Shown piece by piece: positions 1 through 11,297 of a stretch of 56,589 bases of DNA (the stretch's first letter is position 1; each line of letters opens with the position of its first letter). The notes under the pieces were generated by a model, which saw only the letters and a program-made list of their open reading frames with translations, was not told where the DNA came from and searched no databases. The DNA is taken from positions 7,206,461-7,263,049 of the forward strand of contig NC_069008.1 in the NCBI RefSeq assembly GCF_001194135.2, given 5' to 3'. Both the position numbers and the translations under genes were made by a program. This DNA is from Octopus bimaculoides (lineage: Eukaryota).

Positions 1-32
<32 letters not shown>

Positions 33-35
<3 letters not shown>

Positions 36-185
36 CAGACTTCTTTCAGTTTCCGTCTACGAAATCCACTCGCAAGACTTTGGTCGATCCAAGGCTTTCG
101 TAGAAGACACCTGCCCAAGGTGCCACGCAGTGGGACTGAACCCCGAACTATGTGGTTCCGTCTGCAACCCATGTCTGCACCTGTA
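33..185 (-). mobile_element. tRNA-derived SINE family A, 5' part, running into (TA)n
   Basis: Reverse complement matches the copies at 7545, 26091 and 55309 (GTTCAGTCCCACTGCGTGGCACCTTGGGCA..GTCTTCTAC). Confidence 0.85.
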
Positions 186-701
186 GTGTTTCATAATACT
201 GACATAACTCCCACCATATATAAACCTCAACTATGTCATGCCTGTAGATATATACTCTCTACAGGCGGAAGCAGTAAATATATTATTGATTACTGTTTCT
301 TCCCCACTCGCCAAATATTCTGTTGTTATTTCATTAATTATCCATCCATACATGTTTTGGCTGGTTTCTTGTGTGACGGTTTTTATTGTCTGCTGCAATC
401 TAGAATCCTTCAGTTTCAACTTTGAATCCAGGGCTCTTTAGCCAGTGCTGCGATTTCCCTTTCTTTTCGAGGTCATTAGGTATCTTGTGGCTTCGCTTGT
501 CATCATTTTAGCGTGAGGTCCTGTAGATACATTTTTTAGCTTGTTTATATTTATTTATTTTTTTGTTTATTTATTTATTTTTTGCTTTTGTCTGTTGTCG
601 TTTCTTTTTTCCTCGCGCCTGGTTATCGGTTTCTTCCACCTTTGTTTTGTATTCGTTGGCTTTTGCAGACAGAATACTGTTTTTATTGTTTTGTTTGTTT
701 C

Positions 702-745
<44 letters not shown>

Positions 746-1400
746 TATGTTTCTATGATCTTTTACTTCATAACTTCCGTCGTCCTACAGCGGACATTTT
801 AATTTTCTAGGTGTCTGTAATCTTAGTAAATATGACCTTTCTATGTTAAATTTTGGACACTGTATACTAAATGCAGTCATTAATTATTTTTCTTGTGTTT
901 TTTTTTCTTCTGCCAATTAATTTAGCATCCACTTGAGAATGGTACAGCTATAACATATTAATGAGACAGCCAGTGTATTGAAGCCTATCACCATACTGGT
1001 GGATTAAGCTCTGTTTTAAGAATAAATCTAGTGTTTCTATTCTATCTAAATTTCTGTCTCTCACTCAAGGCGGCGAACTGGTAGAAACGTTAGCACGCCG
1101 GACGAAATACTTAGCGGTATTTACTCTGTCTCTGCCTTCTCAGTTCAAATTCCACCGACGTCGACTTTGCCTTTTATCCTTTCGGGTCGATAAATTAAGT
1201 ACCAGTTGTGTACTGGTGTCGATCTAATCGACTGGCCCCCTCTCCACAAACTACGGGCCTTGTACCTAGAAAAGAAAAGAATTCCTTCCTATCACTTGAC
1301 ATTGCGTTTTGTCAAGTTCATTGATTGCTAAGACTTTGTAAGTCTGTAGTTTGTTTATTTTGTTTCTTTTCTTTTTATACAATCTTTACTGCTTTTTCTC
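186..1400 (-). mobile_element. Degraded R4/Dong-like (RLE) non-LTR retrotransposon fragment, interrupted by (TG)n and a SINE
   Basis: Minus-strand remnants KSQHWLKSPGFKVETEGF, YRHDIVEVYIWWELCQYY and LKTELN..FNTLAV resemble the R4-like segments at 21.5-23.6 and 47.2-48.7 kb. Many stops and frameshifts. Confidence 0.55.
1068..1283 (+). mobile_element. SINE family B, full length
   Basis: AGGCGGCGAACTGGTAGAAACGTTAGC head, GTTCAAATTCC B-box-like motif, and GTCGACTTTGCCTTT.ATCCTTTCGGG.TCGATAAATTAAGTACCAG core shared with more than 10 copies in the window. Confidence 0.9.
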
Positions 1401-1499
1401 TTTTCCCTAACCCTAACCCAAGGTTTTCTTGGCCCATTTTTCTTTTTCGAATCTTTATACCAGTTGGTCTAATGAATTAGCGAACTCTCTGGGATAATG

Positions 1500-1632
1500 T
1501 TAAACTCATGGACTGGAGCAACATGAAATGAAGTGTTTTGCTCAAGAACACAATGAATCGCTCGGTCCAGGGATCGAAACTACAATCTTACGATTGTGAG
1601 TCCAACACCCTAACCACGAAGTCACGCGCCTC
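1500..1632 (-). mobile_element. SINE family C, head and core
   Basis: GGACTGGAGCAACATGAAATGAAGTG..TTGCTCAAG.ACACAA motif shared with copies at 17050, 27150, 53620 and 54890, followed by a tRNA-like head. Confidence 0.8.
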
Positions 1633-1699
1633 TAGGATCTTACTTTATGATAAATTCCAGTTCTTTTTTGTAGCGACTGGCATACTTCTTACATTTAAA

Positions 1700-2920
1700 A
1701 AGACCCTCGTGATTGCTTAGGCTCTGTGTTCGTTACTTTCAATGATTTTATGTGTGTAATTTCTTCGTTGTTCAGAATCCTTCCCAGAATTCGTTTTACA
1801 TCTTTTGTTGTTTATGCTACGTGTTCCAAGAAATATTTTTATCTAGTTCTTGGTAAAATCGTTTCGGTCGGAGCAAGCGGCTCGTCTTGCTCAACGTATC
1901 GTTGTCACTATTTATACCGACGGATTCTTTTTTAGGTTTGTCATGGTTCTTATGTTTCATGCGTTCTTCATTTTCCTGTACTTTTTATTTATTCAGATAC
2001 ATTTCTGTCAGGTCACTCGTGTGTAGTATTTGCCAAATTGCCAATCCAGTACAATCTGTAACTTGTCAAGCAACTAGACCGCTTCCCTCTGACGGAGAGG
2101 GTCGCAAGACAAATACAATACACGTCATAAAGTGAAATGAATTCAACACAGAACTAACAAATATAGAAATACTCGAGTTGGTGACCGCTCACGCAATAAA
2201 AGTGATATGCCATAGATGTTTTGTTAAAACCTATATAAAGTCAGAGGTAGATTCTTGTGCAGCTTCAGATTAGTTATTTGAGAGTGTATCACACAGGACG
2301 TGATTGGATCATCGATCCATATCTTGCGCGATACTTGATCAGTCAAAGCACAAGACACAACCAATGTTCCAAACTCACATGATAGGTAAGATGACCAATC
2401 ATTATGTATTAACATGGGGAGTCTATAAGAGACTAGTCGACTCCAATATGTCAGAACAGAAATTGGTCTTGCTACAATGGGAAACATCCAATTCAAAATC
2501 CGAGTTGCGAATAAGACAATGGTTTACGATTGCCACTGAGAAACCACCGATTAAGGGTTAAGTATTCCTACGGTCTTGTGAATGCGGAGGTCACAAGAAA
2601 ATAATTCTGACAGAAATATCGAATTCAAGCTCCGTAGTCGGTTCTTTGCCAAACATTATCATTGTCTTTTGTAACTGTTGTACCTAGAATCATGACTAGT
2701 CGTCTTCAATGTTTTGTTGCTGGATCCAGGTGATTCAGGATTGCTTGGGGGTTTTTGTTGTTGTTATTGATGTCTTTAAGGGTTGAATTCTATTTTCTTT
2801 TATGCGTTTTCAAATGGTTTGCTTGGGTATTGATATTTCTACATGTGTATATTTGAGGGTGAATTTACTTGCTTTTGTAACTACACGGGCTATGTTTATT
2901 ATTATGATTAATTATTAATA
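1700..2920 (-). mobile_element. Possible highly degraded CR1/L2-like LINE endonuclease remnant
   Basis: Minus-strand peptide fragments (IHNDWSSYLSCEFGTLVVSC, LLRERSPTR) loosely recall APE-domain segments. No intact motif. Confidence 0.25.
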
Positions 2921-2927
2921 TTGGGTT

Positions 2928-3530
2928 AACATTTTGACACTAGGCCAATAATTTGGAGGGAGAGGGTAAGTCGATTACATCGACCCCAATGTTCAACTGA
3001 TACTTATTTCGTTGACCCCCCCCCCCACGAAAGGATAAAAGGCAAAGTCGACCTCAGCGGAATTTGAACATGAAGACAAATGAAATACCGGTACGCGTTT
3101 TGCTCGACGTGCTAATGATTCTTTTCTACTCAAGGCACAAGGCATTTTGGGGGAAGGGGCCAGTCGATAAAATCGACCCCAGTACGCAACTTGTACTTAA
3201 TTTATCAATCACGAAAGGATGAAAGGCAAAGTCGATCCTTGGCGGAATTTGAACTCAGAGCATAAAGACAGACGAAATAGCGCTAAGCATTTCGCCCGGC
3301 TTGCTAACGTTTCTTATTTCTTTATTGCCCACAAGGGGCTAAACATAGAGGGGACAAACAAGGACAGACAAAGGGATTAAGCCGAATACATCGACCCCGG
3401 CGTGCTAACGTTTCTTATTTCTTTATTGCCCACAAGGGGCTAAACATAGAGGGGACAAACAAGGACAGACAAAGGGATGAAGCCGAATACATCGACCCCG
3501 GCGTGCTAATGTTTCTGCCAGCTCGCCTCC
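2928..3530 (-). mobile_element. Two tandem SINE B copies; the second is interrupted in its head by a 101-bp duplicated insertion
   Basis: ATCGACCCC..AAGGAT.AAAGGCAAAGTCGA core occurs twice. The head ends GCCAGCTCGCCTCC at about 3530. Confidence 0.85.
3296..3516 (-). repeat. 101-bp tandem unit x2: SINE-B core end plus Tx1-like 3' tail, bounded by three copies of a 19-bp target
   Basis: CCGGC(G/T)TGCTAA(C/T)GTTTCT at 3296-3314, 3397-3415 and 3498-3516. The 82-bp inserts at 3315-3396 and 3416-3497 differ at one base. Confidence 0.9.
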
Positions 3531-3861
3531 CTCGGACGATATTAATATTTCTGTTTCAATTCAGTCAACGATGGTCGGGTTTGCATTTTCTTACAGTTGT
3601 AGTTAATTTCACTGCAGAGTTTTATCCTTGGGGGTCACTTTCCTTTATATTGATTAAATTATTTGATTATTTCCGCCTTTAGATTGCCATGTTCATGGTT
3701 TCTATCATCAGTGTCCCCTTTTTTAAATCTTCCTTAAATTATCTTTTATTTATCGTTTGATTTTGTTTGTTCTGGTTCGGTTTTGTGCCTCAGTTTCTGT
3801 AGGTGTAGGACGGCTTGGTTTTATTTACTTTGTTTTACTATTTGTTTTGCTATTATTTTAG

Positions 3862-4036
3862 TTGTTTCAGTCATTTGACTGCGGCCATACTGCAGCACCG
3901 CCTTTAGTCGAACAAATCGACCCCAAGGACTTATTCTTTGTAAGCCAAGTTCTTATTCTATCGGTCTCTTTTGCCAAACCGCAAAGTTACAAAGACGTAA
4001 ACACACCAACATCGTTGTCAAGTGATGATGGGGGTA

Positions 4037-4042
<6 letters not shown>
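3862..4042 (-). mobile_element. SINE family A, 3' part (post-microsatellite segment)
   Basis: Reverse complement of CTTGACAAC.GATGTTGGTGTGTTTACGTC...GAGACCGATAGAATAAG, also seen at 33758, 40517 and 55715. Abuts (CA)n. Confidence 0.85.
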
Positions 4043-4074
<32 letters not shown>

Positions 4075-4609
4075 NNNNNNNNNNNNNNNNNNNNNNNNNN
4101 NNNNNNNNNNNNNNNNNNNNNNNNNNNNNNNNNNNNNNNNNNNNNNNNNNNNNNNNNNNNNNNNNNNNNNNNNNNNNNNNNNNNNNNNNNNNNNNNNNNN
4201 NNNNNNNNNNNNNNNNNNNNNNNNNNNNNNNNNNNNNNNNNNNNNNNNNNNNNNNNNNNNNNNNNNNNNNNNNNNNNNNNNNNNNNNNNNNNNNNNNNNN
4301 NNNNNNNNNNNNNNNNNNNNNNNNNNNNNNNNNNNNNNNNNNNNNNNNNNNNNNNNNNNNNNNNNNNNNNNNNNNNNNNNNNNNNNNNNNNNNNNNNNNN
4401 NNNNNNNNNNNNNNNNNNNNNNNNNNNNNNNNNNNNNNNNNNNNNNNNNNNNNNNNNNNNNNNNNNNNNNNNNNNNNNNNNNNNNNNNNNNNNNNNNNNN
4501 NNNNNNNNNNNNNNNNNNNNNNNNNNNNNNNNNNNNNNNNNNNNNNNNNNNNNNNNNNNNNNNNNNNNNNNNNNNNNNACCCGCTTCTCTTCATGATTAA
4601 TATTTTCAA

Positions 4610-4790
4610 TGTTATTAAGGTAGCGACCTGGTAAAATCGTTAGCACAAAATGCTTTGCAGTATTCTGCCCGTCTTTACGTTCTGGGTTCAAATGCCACCA
4701 AGGTCGACTTTGCCTTTCATCTTCTCGGGATCGACAAAAAATGGCCTCTCCTCTGAAATTGTTGGCCTTCTACCAAAACTTAAAACCAAT
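4610..4790 (+). mobile_element. SINE family B
   Basis: AAATCGTTAGCAC...GTTCTGGGTTCAAAT..AAGGTCGACTTTGCCTTTCATC, with an internal deletion. Confidence 0.8.
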
Positions 4791-4859
4791 ATTTTCAATG
4801 CTATTATTTTCTATTGTTTTTGAGTTTATTTTTACTTTTGGTTTTGAGAATATATGTTT

Positions 4860-5183
4860 TTTAATCATCTATTTTTGGGGGTCTAGAGTTATGTTTAAAT
4901 AAGATTTATTTTCAATTCAAATTTTAAACTAACTATATCGAGAAGGCCCTGATAACGCGGTCACGTATCGAAAAATGATATGTAACGATGCTATTTCAGT
5001 CAGGTTTTTATTGTTTTAAGATTTTTATAATTTGGTAAGTTTCTGTAAATTTGCCCGTATTAATAATACAAGCAGTTTCATATGTTGGTGAGTGTAATAA
5101 TCCCTTCAGCTCATAGCTGTTTTAGGAATGTAGTTGTGACTCTGTCTGCTCCGGAGGTTTTGGGGTTTTAGATATTTTTAATG

Positions 5184-5219
<36 letters not shown>

Positions 5220-6110
5220 TGGCAGAGGCCAACATTGAGGAAGGTGCACGTTCTTGCTTTCTTTGTTTGTAATTATTTGTGAATGTCTTTCAAGAAATGT
5301 ATAAGATTATTTATCTGCTGTTGCCTTATGAGGATATTATTCAAGTTTATTATGCTCGTAGTGTAGTGTGTGACCGTCGCTGTTATTTTTGATACTGCTA
5401 ATTGCTCTGTATAGTTTAAAGTTAGTTTTATAGTTGGATAAAAATATTTGTCAGATTTCTGTTTTCCTATAGCTTCCCTTTTGTTGTTATTTCCCCGATG
5501 CCAACTTACATTTTCTCTGTGAGTCGTTTTGGAGTAATGTGTTTGAGATTGTGTCTTTTTTCATATGAGGTCAGCTATTTCTGGCGTTCAGTTTGTAAGA
5601 ATTTTTTCTGAGCTATTTTCTGAACATAACGTGAAAGTCATGTGCAGTGATAAAACCTCTAAGTTCTATAAATGTGTTTTTAATATAGTTGATGTAGTGT
5701 AGATTTTTAGAATTTTTGTACGAAGCACTGTATTCTGTCATCTCTATGTTGGTGATAGAAATGTTTTTGAATTTTGAAAAAGTTAATCTGTTTCTTGATG
5801 GAACTTATTTTATCTTGCGTTTTTGAAGTTCTTAAAGGTGTTTTTTTTTCTTCCCCAATATGCGAATGTATCAAGATAATTGATAGAAAAGTTGAAGAAT
5901 TATTTATAGCTAGTTATGGCAGCTATCTGTGCGGGCCAAAGTGAATTGCCTGAGGAAGATCTGCTGCAATTGAAGTGAAGAGGTACGTGTGGTAGTGTAG
6001 ATTATTTATGATATAAAAGAGATTTAATAGAGAAATTATTGTTTTACGATGTATGAGTAGTTTATCATGAATTTATTGCTTCCGCTTTGTGGTCCATTTG
6101 AAACCAGGCA
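4860..6110 (-). mobile_element. Possible degraded LINE remnant; about 85 bp of it recurs at 7465-7545
   Basis: TTCTTCCCC.ATATGCGA.TGTATCA.GATAAT.GA.AGAAAAGTTGAAGAA.TATTTATAGC occurs at about 5838 and about 7487, so it is an interspersed repeat. The LINE assignment is weak. Confidence 0.3.
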
Positions 6111-6444
6111 GCATTGAGTGGCTGAATGTCTCTCCCAAAGTGACTTTCAAGCATTCAATTTCAAAACAGATCTGTTGTTAAACAACATTATTAACGACAA
6201 CAACATCAAAAACAACAGCCAGAAAAAAGGTTTATTTATACACAAAGGAGGACATGTAAATTAAAAAGGAGCGTAGTGATTAAGAGGTAATGGTGGTATA
6301 GAATTATTCCAGAACACACCATAAGTTCCGTATGAGTCTTCAAGTGTTCTTTCGTTGTATTCACAAGTGGTTTCGTTAAAGTGGGAAGACATGTCGGATA
6401 TGAATCTGATAAACAATACATACGTATACGTATATACACAGCTG

Positions 6445-6505
<61 letters not shown>

Positions 6506-6863
6506 GTGTCCCTCTAATAACACTCACACACAATTTATACGCACACACATACACATACATACATACATATATGTGTGTACATACACGCACATACATACAC
6601 ATATATATGCCTATATACACACATCTGCATATATTCATATATGCATATGGTTATATGTATATACATATGTCTACACGCGCATACAAACATACATACACAT
6701 GAGTGCACTCTGTATATGTACTTATATAAATGTAATTATATTGAAATTTAGAGGTAATACTTGACAATTGTAAGCACCTGTGTATTCCACCTAGTGGTTG
6801 CGGTGAAGGAATAAATTGTAAATCCAAAAGAAAAAAAATAACAACAAAACTACAAAGGATTCC

Positions 6864-6942
6864 GCGGTACACGTGTTTCAAGCTTTACATGTGTATAATA
6901 TAATATGTGTATAATTTACAATGCAAAGCTATCCTCAGCCGC
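6864..6942 (-). ncRNA. Type I hammerhead ribozyme motif, intact
   Basis: GCGG-CTGAGGA-T-AGCTTTGCAT..ATGTAAAGCT-T-GAAAC-ACGT-GT-A-CCGC: canonical core, helix I and II pairing, GUA site. Confidence 0.85.
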
Positions 6943-7266
6943 AAAAATTATTTCTCTCCCAGGAAATTATACCACCTCGGCGTTGAAGTAGGAAGAAAGG
7001 TGTGATGTAAGAGGTGAAGATCCTTTCGGTATTCTGTATAGTACTATACAGAATACCGAAAGGATCTTCACCTCTTACATCACACCTTTCTTCCTACTTC
7101 AACGCCGAGGTGGTATAATTTCCTGGAAGAGAAATAATTTTTGCGGCTGAGGATAGCTTTGCATTGTAAATTATACACATATTATATTATACACATGTAA
7201 AGCTTGANNNNNNNNNNCTACTTCAACGCCGAGGTGGTATAATTTTCTGGGAGAGAAATAATTTTT

Positions 7267-7345
7267 GCGGCTGAGGATAGCTTTGCATTGTAAATTATAC
7301 ACATATTATATTATACACATGTAAAGCTTGAAACACGTGTACCGC
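7267..7345 (+). ncRNA. Type I hammerhead ribozyme motif, intact
   Basis: Same motif as 6864-6942, on the opposite strand. CTGAGGA at 7271-7277, GAAAC at 7330-7334, predicted cleavage after A7341. Confidence 0.85.
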
Positions 7346-7544
7346 GGAATCCTTTGTAGTTTTATTGTTATTTTTTGGATTTACAATTTAAATGTAATTA
7401 TATGTATATGCACAAATGCCAACTCGCACGCGCGCACTCACATACCCGCACACATCTCTTATGGTGCGTTTTTAAAAGTGCTTTGTTTTCTTCCCCGATA
7501 TGCGACTGTATCATGATAATAGACAGAAAAGTTGAAGAACTATT

Positions 7545-7712
7545 TATAGCGCAGGAATGGCCGTGTGGTAGGTAGTTTGCTTACCAGTCACATGGTTCTG
7601 AGTTCAGTCCCACTGCGTGGCACCTTGGGCAAGTGTCTTCTACAATAGCCTCGGGTCGACCAAAGCCTTGTGAGTGGATTTGGTACATGGAAACTGAAAG
7701 AAGCCTGTCGTA
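7545..7712 (+). mobile_element. SINE family A, 5' part, followed by (TG)n
   Basis: TGGCCGTGTGG A-box-like and GGTTCTGAGTTCAGTCCC B-box-like motifs. Body matches the other A copies. Confidence 0.88.
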
Positions 7713-8459
7713 TGCGTGTGTGTGTGTGTGTGTGTGTGNNNNNNNNNNNNNNNNNNNNNNNNNNNNNNNNNNNNNNNNNNNNNNNNNNNNNNNNNNNNNN
7801 NNNNNNNNNNNNNNNNNNNNNNNNNNNNNNNNNNNNNNNNNNNNNNNNNNNNNNNNNNNNNNNNNNNNNNNNNNNNNNNNNNNNNNNNNNNNNNNNNNNN
7901 NNNNNNNNNNNNNNNNNNNNNNNNNNNNNNNNNNNNNNNNNNNNNNNNNNNNNNNNNNNNNNNNNNNNNNNNNNNNNNNNNNNNNNNNNNNNNNNNNNNN
8001 NNNNNNNNNNNNNNNNNNNNNNNNNNNNNNNNNNNNNNNNNNNNNNNNNNNNNNNNNNNNNNNNNNNNNNNNNNNNNNNNNNNNNNNNNNNNNNNNNNNN
8101 NNNNNNNNNNNNNNNNNNNNNNNNNNNNNNNNNNNNNNNNNNNNNNNNNNNNNNNNNNNNNNNNNNNNNNNNNNNNNNNNNNNNNNNNNNNNNNNNNNNN
8201 NNNNNNNNNNNNNNNNNNNNNNNNNNNNNNNNNNNNNNNNNNNNNNNNNNNNNNNNNNNNNNNNNNNNNNNNNNNNNNNNNNNNNNNNNNNNNNNNNNNN
8301 NNNNNNNNNNNNNNNNNNNNNNNNNNNNNNNNNNNNNNNNNNNNNNNNNNNNNNNNNNNNNNNNNNNNNNNNNNNNNNNNNNNNNNNNNNNNNNNNNNNN
8401 NNNNNNNNNNTGTGTGTGTGTGTGTGTGTGTGTGTGTATACGTGCAGAGGTATGTGTGA

Positions 8460-8830
8460 GAGCAACATGGCTGAGAAGTTTAGTTTGTTTTGCAACCATT
8501 TCCATCCTATTTGGGCAAATATTTTTCGTTCACAAAAAGCAGGCGAACAGACCTCTCGAGGCCAGTCAGATGTCAAATGGGAAAATGTGGTAAGATAGAG
8601 ATGATGTCAGAGTTCGCCACTTCTAGCCGACCTTTCATGTATAGTTTTCTCGTGAAACTGTCTCGGTTCTTGTGCACCTTAGATCTAGATCAAACGAGAT
8701 CCGAGCTATTGAACTGGTTCATCCGTCCAGCGACCCACAACGTTGTAGGACATGGGCCTGTCACTCCAAGGGCCGAACGGGAGGTCCGCCGGCTTTACCT
8801 GGTTATTCTTGGGGTGGAGCTTGGTATGTA
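8460..8830 (-). mobile_element. Degenerate L1/Tx1-like ORF2 fragment (post-RT region)
   Basis: Minus-strand remnants PMSYNVVGRWTDEPV and RKLYMKGRLEVANSDII resemble the segment that follows the RT core in L1/Tx1 ORF2 (LSLKGR-type motif). Confidence 0.5.
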
Positions 8831-9099
8831 ATAATGTTTCAGTAACGTAGCCCGTATATGACGAGACTGACATTTCGCATCCTACTTTGACAAGATAATC
8901 TTAGTGCCTTTCCAAAACATAGGACGAGGCAGGTTTATTCTATAGCCTCTACAAAATTACATGACCTTTTTTTCTCTGTCCCATAGAATAATATCAGTTC
9001 TGTTGCATTTTCACTAGATTGCTATATTTATTGAAGATTTAAACCAACATGTGATATTTTTAAAGATCTTGATACGTTGTAGTTTTCGTTCTGGAGTGA

Positions 9100-9714
9100 C
9101 GATAAGTATTTGATTGTTACGAGTTTTATTGGACAAAAAGGATGAAAGGCAAAGTCTACTTTGGTCGAATTTGAGCTCAGGGCGTAAAAGGCTTTAACTA
9201 AATTCAGTAAGCTCTAAGGATTCTTCTACCTAACAACTGCTCCTGAAATAATACTAATAGCAATAACTGTTTCTGATTTAGGCACAAAACCAGCAATTTT
9301 GAAGGGGGAGTATTAGTCGATTCCATTGACCCCAGTTCTTGTTTGGTACAATATCAACCCCGAAAGTATAAAAGACAAGTCGACCTGGACGAGATTTGAT
9401 CTCAGAAGGAAAAGAACCGGAAATAATGCCAATAATCATTTTGTCTGCCGACGGTGCTAACGACTCTGCTAGCTCATCGCAGAATAACAACAATAACAAT
9501 GATTTCAAAATTTGGCACAATGCCAGCAATTTCGAAGCAGACAGCAAGTCGATTACATGGACCCCAGTGTTCAACTGATACTTATTGCATCAACCCCGAA
9601 AGGATGAAAAGTAAAGTCGACCCCAGCGGCATTTGAACTCAGAATGTAAAGACGGACGAAATGCTGCTAAGCATTCCGCCTGACGTGCTAACGATTCTGC
9701 CAGCTCAACGCCTT
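9100..9714 (-). mobile_element. Three tandem SINE B copies on the same strand
   Basis: The core GGATGAAAGGCAAAGTC / CCCCGAAAG recurs at about 9140, 9360 and 9595. The last head ends GCCAGCTCAACGCCT next to (AAT)n. Confidence 0.82.
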
Positions 9715-9762
9715 AATAATAATGATAATAATAATAATAACAACAACAACAACAACAACAAC

Positions 9763-9826
<64 letters not shown>
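9715..9826. repeat. (AAT)n/(AAC)n microsatellite
   Basis: Direct inspection; runs into an N gap. Confidence 0.97.
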
Positions 9827-11111
9827 NNNNNNNNNNNNNNNNNNNNNNNNNNNNNNNNNNNNNNNNNNNNNNNNNNNNNNNNNNNNNNNNNNNNNNNNNN
9901 NNNNNNNNNNNNNNNNNNNNNNNNNNNNNNNNNNNNNNNNNNNNNNNNNNNNNNNNNNNNNNNNNNNNNNNNNNNNNNNNNNNNNNNNNNNNNNNNNNNN
10001 NNNNNNNNNNNNNNNNNNNNNNNNNNNNNNNNNNNNNNNNNNNNNNNNNNNNNNNNNNNNNNNNNNNNNNNNNNNNNNNNNNNNNNNNNNNNNNNNNNNN
10101 NNNNNNNNNNNNNNNNNNNNNNNNNNNNNNNNNNNNNNNNNNNNNNNNNNNNNNNNNNNNNNNNNNNNNNNNNNNNNNNNNNNNNNNNNTATATATATAT
10201 ATATATATATATAGATATATATATATATACATACATACATACATATATATATATATACATATATATATATATGTATATATATATACATACATACATTCAC
10301 ACATGGGGGATCGTGATTACTAGAGATTGCTAGCGCGGCGTGAAGTCTGTGGCCGCTTGAAGACGTCTCATTTGCATTTACAAACATATTTACACACGTG
10401 TTGTCCTGTGCTAAGCATTTGACAGGATATCCACCATATGAACATTTTAATTATGGGTCTACTCGGTTACTATTGGTCTTACATGAACAAAAGCAACTGC
10501 AACAACAGTGTAAAAATCATTGTTCAGATAAATTGTCTTGGTTCCTTACATAATCTATAACACAATAAATTCGTCAAACACTTCACTACTCTTCGCACAC
10601 GCATGCATACACACACGTACGCACACGCGCGCGCTCACACATCCTGAAAATCAAAATCAGATAAAGGACACATATGTTAATATAGCTCTACACACACCTA
10701 ACAATGCAAGATGGTCACGGCTTGAGCAATTTTGATGACACGTCGACTAGATTGTAGCTGACCTGGCACAAAACAACATCGCCGACAGTAATAATATAAC
10801 ATTCATTGTGATCGAACACACAAATTCTGTGTAGACATATATCTAAGACACAGCTGTTTCTGTAATCATATATTTAAGACAAAATTATTCATTGAGTCAT
10901 ATATATATAATCACAATAAGTCATGTAATCATACATCTAAGTCACAACAGGTCCTAGAATCATATATTTAAACATCAAAGTCATAATTGTTCATATAATC
11001 ATATGTGATATCGAACTACTCTGACGTCGTATGTGTATAATCTCGTAATCTCAGATTGTACATTAAATATATATATAGAAAGAAAGATACACACACACAC
11101 ATATATATATT

Positions 11112-11196
<85 letters not shown>

Positions 11197-11233
11197 GTAG
11201 GTAGGTAGGTAGGTAGGTAGGTAGGTAGGTAGG

Positions 11234-11296
<63 letters not shown>
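11112..11296. repeat. Compound (GATA)n(GGTA)n(GATA)n microsatellite
   Basis: Direct inspection. Confidence 0.97.

Positions 11297-11297
<1 letters not shown>

Larger units (their letters stand above)
6742..7388. mobile_element. Foldback (palindromic) PLE-type element with a hammerhead in each arm and a 15-bp flanking direct repeat
   Basis: Spacerless palindrome centred on GTAC at 7041-7044. Arms run 6812-7042 and 7043-7390; the right arm contains an assembly overlap around the 10-N gap. TAAATGTAATTATAT occurs at 6727-6741 and 7389-7403. Confidence 0.85.

Noticed and set aside
3680-3712. CTGATGA..GAAAC on the minus strand
   Set aside because: No helix III or NUH site; lies in a probable R4 remnant. 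Other isolated CTGANGA hits (33001, 20915, 36742, 54370) also lacked a complete fold.
3862-4691. ORFs spanning the N run (and similar ones at 7.6-8.6, 9.7-10.3, 25.6-26.1, 47.6-48.8, 50.6-51.3 and 53.8-54.3 kb)
   Set aside because: Open only because N codons contain no stops.
10366-10378. Octamer-like ATTTGCAT 2.7 kb upstream of the GPCR
   Set aside because: A single 8-mer in AT-rich DNA is expected by chance.
10845-10865. ACAGCTGTTTC hammerhead 3' half on the minus strand
   Set aside because: No CUGANGA core at a suitable distance, and G at the cleavage position.
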